Positions 59,188 to 64,000 of a stretch of 64,000 nucleotides of DNA are shown here, piece after piece. The notes beneath the pieces are model-generated. The model searched no databases. It was not told the origin of the DNA and saw only the letters and a list, made by a program, of their open reading frames with translations. The position numbers and the translations under genes were made by a program. The stretch comes from a virus. The stretch lies in the IMG/VR virus record IMGVR_UViG_3300027881_000536, positions 32,001-96,000 of that record, one strand, 5' to 3'. How positions within the stretch are numbered: the stretch's first letter is position 1; every line of letters begins with the position of its first letter.

Positions 59188-60150
59188 TCACCCCTTAAGT
59201 TCAGGAAGCCCATGCCACTTGAGTGGCTTGTCGTCATATGTGCTCATCACCAGTCGGGTCTTATCCAACATCTCAGGTAGATTACGAGCCTTGGCGAATG
59301 TGGCCTCATAGGTGGTTTCACCTGTAGGGAAACCCTCATCGTCACGAATCTGCGTTTTCTTCATTTCTATGATGGTATGTAGATAGTTGCTCGTCTGCTT
59401 TTCCCATTTTGGTTTCTTAGCACCAGTAGCGGTCCCATCGGCCCTCTGTTCGTATTGCCAGTGTGTTTCATACCACACATTGACTCCCAAACGGGTCAAT
59501 TCTCGACATAGTGAAGTTAGTTGGTGGAACCGCGTACTGCGAATCTGCCAATTGAACCTCATACCCACTTTCTCGTGAGGACTGATTTTAGCACCAATTC
59601 CGTCAGGAGCGGTGCCTAGGTCCTCGATGAACATACAGGCCATGGAAACTGAGTCCCAAAGGTCTGTAGCAGTCACTAGGACTGTATTCAGTCTCTGACC
59701 CTTGTAGTTAGGTTCTAGTTGGTCTCTAGCCCAATTTAGGGCCTCCCTCCCTATTTCCATTACTTTGTCGTGTGTAGCAGGGTAGTTGTAAGCGGTTCGA
59801 GCCTCGTCCTGCATCACCCATGGATTGATTGACTTGAAATCTGACCTTCTATGGTTGTAGAAAGCGTCCCTGAGGGATGCGCCCCCACCATCGAAGTCTA
59901 CAATGACACAGGCGTCACCCTCAGGTATGCTGTTCAGGATGATGGCCGTTTTACAGGTCCCATCGTCACCTACTATACCACCGAACTCGCCGGTAATGGG
60001 TGCGATTTCCTCAGCGAAGTATTTGTCTCCTCGATGTTGTTGAGCCTTCTCCACAGGAGTGGCACCTCCAGGTGGCCCCGGAGTCAATGGTTTATCATTG
60101 GCTTTTGGGTCTATTATCTCCTTATCCTTTAGATTCTTGAAACCACTCAT
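59188..60150 (-). CDS. RecA-fold P-loop ATPase (Sak4/AAA_24-like recombination protein)
   Basis: Walker A variant GDDGTCKT, IVDFDGG, Walker B-like VLVTATD; C-terminal beta strands. Confidence 0.65.
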   Translation of the reverse strand: MSGFKNLKDKEIIDPKANDKPLTPGPPGGATPVEKAQQHRGDKYFAEEIAPITGEFGGIVGDDGTCKTAIILNSIPEGDACVIVDFDGGGASLRDAFYNHRRSDFKSINPWVMQDEARTAYNYPATHDKVMEIGREALNWARDQLEPNYKGQRLNTVLVTATDLWDSVSMACMFIEDLGTAPDGIGAKISPHEKVGMRFNWQIRSTRFHQLTSLCRELTRLGVNVWYETHWQYEQRADGTATGAKKPKWEKQTSNYLHTIIEMKKTQIRDDEGFPTGETTYEATFAKARNLPEMLDKTRLVMSTYDDKPLKWHGLPELKG

Positions 60151-60338
60151 TGTTGGAACCCCCTATAGTGATTCTCACGAGCAGATTCCCACATATGCCT
60201 TATTTCGGCAGTCATATCAAGTGACTCATCTTTGCTGATATTTGGGTCTTTAGCATTCTCACGAATCCACTTAGCGATGGTTTTGTCATCATCACCATTG
60301 TGTAGCATGATATCTATGTTCTTGAAGAACCCCATCAC
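60147..60338 (-). CDS. 63-aa hypothetical protein
   Basis: GTGA/ATGA overlaps on both sides. Confidence 0.65.
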   Translation of the reverse strand: MMGFFKNIDIMLHNGDDDKTIAKWIRENAKDPNISKDESLDMTAEIRHMWESARENHYRGFQQ

Positions 60339-61681
60339 TCTACCCCCTTGAACTGGTCTAGTGAGGTATTACCGCCTTCACCAGCAGGTATCGCTAGTCT
60401 CGGTGGAGCATATACACCCAAAGCCCTCATTGTGGGTACTTCCTGTTTACCATCTTCTACAGCCCTTAGTCCCAATCTACCGAAAATGTAGACTGTTGAC
60501 TTCACTGCATAAGGCTTCCAACCCTTTCGACCCTTGTAGTCGAATACATGACAGTCTTGACCTAAGAATCCATGAACTCTGATAGAGACTTCTTGTTTCC
60601 ACATATTGTCCGGGAATTCTCTCTGTAGAGCAAATGATGACACTCTCATGGTGTAATTGACACCTGCTGGGTCATATTCGCTCTCGTATCCTGTCTGGTT
60701 GATATCTGTCACTTTTCCTTTGATACAAACCAAAGGACCGATGGGGTTGTCGAACCCTTCAATGGTCTCAGACTCTGAGCGATAGACATCCATTAGGTCG
60801 GATAGGTCTGATACATAACAGTCCATCCCACCCATCAACAGGTCACCCTTGAGGTATTCCCTGTCGTCCTCGCTCACGAACTCCTTGTTGTAGTGGATTG
60901 ACTTGAAGAAATTGCTCATTCCTCGCCACATATCCTCCCAACCGGGATTCACATTCTCTGGTTGAGGCCTTACTTTGACAGTGCAAGGTTCACCGAATAC
61001 TACATGTTGAGATACACTCAATTCAGTAGAGCCACTCACATCAATTCTGAACAGTTCCATCTCATCCTCAAACCTTTCAGGGGTATTTCCATAGAATCGG
61101 TAGGTTCTGCTGAACAGGTAGGGTGAGATAGGTTCACCATGTCTTGCCCAGTCAGGGTTTTCTTGTAGGATGGCTAATGTCATCCCACTGTCCCTAACTA
61201 GGAACCAAGGGTCATTATCCTCGTCAAACCTCTCTTGGGTCGACGCTACTATTCCCATAGCCTTCTCAAGCATCCATACCTCGTTTTCTACGAAGGCTCT
61301 GGCTACTGTGCCTTTCTCGATAGCAGCACCTAAGTCTTCTTTGGCGAATTGTATAGCATTCTCTCTCACATTCTCTCTCTTGTCTCGTATCTTGGGTTCT
61401 ACACCTACGAAGCATCCCACTAACTCGGTGGAACTCCCTCCCGGTGTGCTCATCACCCTTCTCTCAACCACGAAGGTCTCAGCGGCATCCACTAGGAAAT
61501 CGTCGTCCTCTTCGTGGGTGTTAACGATTCCGAGATGTTCCTCGATGTAAGCGAGGTATTGTTCCACGGCCTTGTGTTGGCTGATACTATGATGTTCAGC
61601 ATACCAATGTAGTCGTTCTAACACTTCTTCTGGCAATTCTTCTTTGTTTTCATTTTTCTTTTTCAGCGTGCTCATTTTCAC
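60335..61681 (-). CDS. RPA-like multi-OB-fold ssDNA-binding protein with a C-terminal PIP-like tail
   Basis: OB-like strands (VCIKGKVTDI, VYIFGRL); replication context; tail NTSLDQF. Confidence 0.55.
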   Translation of the reverse strand: MKMSTLKKKNENKEELPEEVLERLHWYAEHHSISQHKAVEQYLAYIEEHLGIVNTHEEDDDFLVDAAETFVVERRVMSTPGGSSTELVGCFVGVEPKIRDKRENVRENAIQFAKEDLGAAIEKGTVARAFVENEVWMLEKAMGIVASTQERFDEDNDPWFLVRDSGMTLAILQENPDWARHGEPISPYLFSRTYRFYGNTPERFEDEMELFRIDVSGSTELSVSQHVVFGEPCTVKVRPQPENVNPGWEDMWRGMSNFFKSIHYNKEFVSEDDREYLKGDLLMGGMDCYVSDLSDLMDVYRSESETIEGFDNPIGPLVCIKGKVTDINQTGYESEYDPAGVNYTMRVSSFALQREFPDNMWKQEVSIRVHGFLGQDCHVFDYKGRKGWKPYAVKSTVYIFGRLGLRAVEDGKQEVPTMRALGVYAPPRLAIPAGEGGNTSLDQFKGVE

Positions 61682-62591
61682 TCCTCATTCTCTTCTCTTC
61701 TCTCCCGTTAGGGAGGGACAGAGACCCCACGAACCAGTCAATAAACCCTCTGTTATCTAGAGGCCATTGGTGGGTCGAAAGGACTGCGTCCCCCCATACC
61801 TTGGAGTAGTGGTGGAACCTATCTGGCTCCATATCTAAGTCGCGCACTCTATCGTGCAACATGTTGAGTATAGTCATCATATTCCTGCCTGGTTGGTTGA
61901 GTGAGTAGAGTTCTTCTCTCAATGATACCCAATCTCCACCAGCGATGGAAAGGGAGGCTTCAGACAGCATCTCTGCTTTGATGGTGGCCATATTTTCGAG
62001 TTCTCTAGCGTCCTGCACAGTTTGGGCCGCTATGCCGAGACTGCGAAGGTCTCCATTGAAAGCCATACCTATCTTGCCGATATTGTAGCCGTTCCACCCA
62101 TATGTTGACTTACATAGGTGTCTGAAGTTCTTTTGCAGAAACGCATGCACATGGGTGGTCCCGTATGGCGCGAAATGTAGTGTGTGGCATCGCGAGCGCA
62201 ACGCGGGTATGATGTTAGCCTCTTCGTTGGCTGTGAGTATGAACAGCGCATGACCTTTCTCTATGGTCCTGCGTAGGGCGTCTTGGGCCTGTCTTGTGAG
62301 ACCATCTGCCTCATCGAGTAGTATGATGGTGGTATCACTGTAGCCACGCTGTGTTGCTACCTGCTTCACACGCGTGCGTATGAAGTCTATACCGCGCTCA
62401 TCAGAGGCATTGAATTCGTGCACATCAGCATCTAGGAACTGACCTACTGCTAGTGCTGTAGAGGTCTTACCAGTGCCTGGAGGCCCTACGAATAAGAGGT
62501 CAGGGACATTGTTTGACTCACATAATTCTCTCACTTGGCAGATGGGATGGGTGGAATCATCACTCCCAATCAAGTCCTCGAATGTCAACAT
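61650..62591 (-). CDS. rfcS: Replication factor C (clamp loader) small subunit
   Basis: LLFVGPPGTGKT, EFNASDERGIDFIR, LLDEAD, AQDALRR and LRSRC RFC boxes. Confidence 0.95.
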   Translation of the reverse strand: MLTFEDLIGSDDSTHPICQVRELCESNNVPDLLFVGPPGTGKTSTALAVGQFLDADVHEFNASDERGIDFIRTRVKQVATQRGYSDTTIILLDEADGLTRQAQDALRRTIEKGHALFILTANEEANIIPALRSRCHTLHFAPYGTTHVHAFLQKNFRHLCKSTYGWNGYNIGKIGMAFNGDLRSLGIAAQTVQDARELENMATIKAEMLSEASLSIAGGDWVSLREELYSLNQPGRNMMTILNMLHDRVRDLDMEPDRFHHYSKVWGDAVLSTHQWPLDNRGFIDWFVGSLSLPNGREEKRMRSENEHAEKEK

Positions 62592-62617
62592 GGAACCCCT
62601 CCGATGTACCCCAAGTG

Positions 62618-62623
62618 CTTATA
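62618..62623 (-). promoter_or_regulatory. Putative TATA box for the RFC gene
   Basis: TATAAG on -, overlapping the upstream stop, 27 nt before the ATG at 62591. Confidence 0.4.
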
Positions 62624-62978
62624 CTATTTCCTCGAACTGTCTCATAAGTTCGGAGATGTCACCATGATTCATCTTACGAGCAGTAGGGGCATCCATAGTG
62701 ATTAGCAATTTCTGTAGGTTACCCCCATCCTTCACTGCCTCCCATACGGGTGCTAGAAGTGAGAGGACCTTCTGTATCTGCTCCTTGTCCCTCAAGACTC
62801 TACCATGCACACCCTTTGTTGCAAGCCATAGATTCAGTTCGGGTTCGTCTTCCATACTTGTATACACCTTTCGATGCACTTTGTATCCTAGTTTCCGCTT
62901 GGGGGAGAAGTGAATGCTGGCTTGGAAGCGAGCATCTCGGGCTAGCCATGCTAGGAAGAAATCATCGTGCCTGTCCAT
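62619..62978 (-). CDS. Degenerate single-domain LAGLIDADG-like protein
   Basis: FFLAWLARDARFQASI...KLGYKV follows the LAGxxDxDGxF-x-I...GYxV layout but with a non-canonical core. Confidence 0.5.
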   Translation of the reverse strand: MDRHDDFFLAWLARDARFQASIHFSPKRKLGYKVHRKVYTSMEDEPELNLWLATKGVHGRVLRDKEQIQKVLSLLAPVWEAVKDGGNLQKLLITMDAPTARKMNHGDISELMRQFEEIV

Positions 62979-64000
62979 TACCTTCCCTCTCTATGATATC
63001 GCCGTATTGGAGTGCATCACTCATCCCTAGCCCTGTGTCTATACGGACGAGATATGCTCCTTCGAGTCTGTGGTCCCTGCAACGCAGGGCGTGAAACAGC
63101 CCCACTAGGGGTATTTCGAGTTCTGTCCATACCTTCCTTCTACAGGCTTCCGTGAGTATGGAGTTATCAGGGAGATTTTCCCTCTTGACATTAGCATACC
63201 CCACATGAATGGGGTCAAAACCGTCTAGAGCCTCTATCCTCAAGTCTATCCACTCACCATTCTTCTGCTCTTTGGCTTGGGTTATGAGGAGTGGCATCTC
63301 ATAGATTCTTTTGGGCTGGATGAAGCCCCCTCTGTGCTGACCATGAATGTGTGGTTTGTCTCCATCAATGAGTCTGAGCACTTCCCCATCTTCCATAGCC
63401 TGTGAGAGTGTCCTGAGATGAGCAGCATCTCTTATTCTCTGAGGTTTTACTGACCTTGCTTGGTATTCCATTTCCCACTGGTCGGGGTTGGCTTCTGTGT
63501 GGAGCCACTCTATCACATCCCCCCCTTCGTCTACCAAAGCCACACAGTCTCCTCCTATGGCTAGGTCTGCTGGTGCGTTAGGTAGTATCTCACCCATGCC
63601 GTCATACACGAAGATGTCATCTTGGTATTGGTGCGCGTACCTGCGTGGACCTGATACAATCTCGTAGTAAGTGTTCAAGAATGGGACAGACCAGTATTTC
63701 CAGGGACCGAATGATGGGGCCCTGAATGGGTGGCCTGGTTGAATGCGAAATTCATCAGAAAGAGTACCTTCTATAGCCCTACCAAGGACTACTGCGATAT
63801 TCTCCACTGATAGAGCACTTGTAAGCCTCTCTGGGGGGTACTTACCTCCACCATGTGCAACGGCTCTGAGCAGCCTCTTACGGGGCAAAACTGGCCTTTC
63901 TCCGAGGGCTCTACACCATAGGGCTTCTGCAGACCTCTTATCCATCTTAGCGAAGATGGCTTTTATGTCTGGAGCAGTCTCTATGACTCTCAATTCTGAG
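62962..64000 (-). CDS. Degenerate ATP-dependent DNA ligase-like protein (frame open to the window edge; N-terminus probably truncated)
   Basis: Co-linear with archaeal ligase: AEALWCRALG...LLRAVA, IQPGHPF, YYEIVSGPRRYAH (KxDGxR position), EVLRLIDGDKPH, OB-like EMPLLIT...HVG...LVRID. No catalytic Lys. Confidence 0.65.
   Translation of the reverse strand, partial: SELRVIETAPDIKAIFAKMDKRSAEALWCRALGERPVLPRKRLLRAVAHGGGKYPPERLTSALSVENIAVVLGRAIEGTLSDEFRIQPGHPFRAPSFGPWKYWSVPFLNTYYEIVSGPRRYAHQYQDDIFVYDGMGEILPNAPADLAIGGDCVALVDEGGDVIEWLHTEANPDQWEMEYQARSVKPQRIRDAAHLRTLSQAMEDGEVLRLIDGDKPHIHGQHRGGFIQPKRIYEMPLLITQAKEQKNGEWIDLRIEALDGFDPIHVGYANVKRENLPDNSILTEACRRKVWTELEIPLVGLFHALRCRDHRLEGAYLVRIDTGLGMSDALQYGDIIEREGNGQAR

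Noticed and set aside
48865-62591. Host chromosome or chimeric assembly, because thermosome, RFC, PolB and primase are cellular-type genes
   Set aside because: The genes are divergent, tightly coupled, share the same palindrome avoidance and adjoin the virion module; this gene set is known from Marine Group II viruses.
50245-63094. Short + strand ORFs inside the - strand replication genes
   Set aside because: They are fully overlapped by well-supported genes and have no recognisable motifs.
1-64000. tRNA, rRNA, integrase or att site
   Set aside because: Nearly all sequence is coding; no cloverleaf/T-loop consensus was seen in the gaps and no recombinase motif was found. A tRNAscan run would confirm.

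Overview
This window is part of a tailed archaeal virus genome. Gene content points to a Magrovirus-like virus of Marine Group II/Poseidoniales archaea; that host assignment is an inference. Two convergent gene blocks fill the window. The + strand (1 to about 48700) is the virion module: a 5'-truncated giant head-associated protein, prohead protease/scaffold, HK97-type major capsid protein, small head proteins, adaptor, tail terminator, tail tube, tail chaperone, tape measure, distal tail, a 5100-aa tail-tip protein, a hub and three successive fibres. The - strand (about 48720 to 64000) is an archaeal-type replication module: group II chaperonin, DEDD exonuclease, MCM-like ATPase, ERCC4 nuclease, fused primase, Cas4-like nuclease, PolB, PCNA-like clamp, RecA/Sak4-like ATPase, RPA-like protein, RFC small subunit, and degenerate LAGLIDADG-like and ligase-like proteins. 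Archaeal GGTGA/GAGG ribosome-binding motifs and ATGA/TGATG gene overlaps are frequent. I saw no tRNA, rRNA, CRISPR array or integrase. Best leads: (1) two independent ligase-fold domains that both lack the catalytic lysine; (2) an unannotated 26-aa PIP-box micro-ORF just after a PolB with no obvious PIP box; (3) a shared hydrophobic-Lys motif that may be a protease-cleavable capsid-cargo signal; (4) a clean -1 frameshift (CCCTTTG) in the tail chaperone; (5) a nested scaffold start in the protease gene; (6) a possible head-to-tail docking code among the fibres; (7) apparent absence of GATC, AGCT and ACGT. All family calls come from motif reading by eye; no searches were run.
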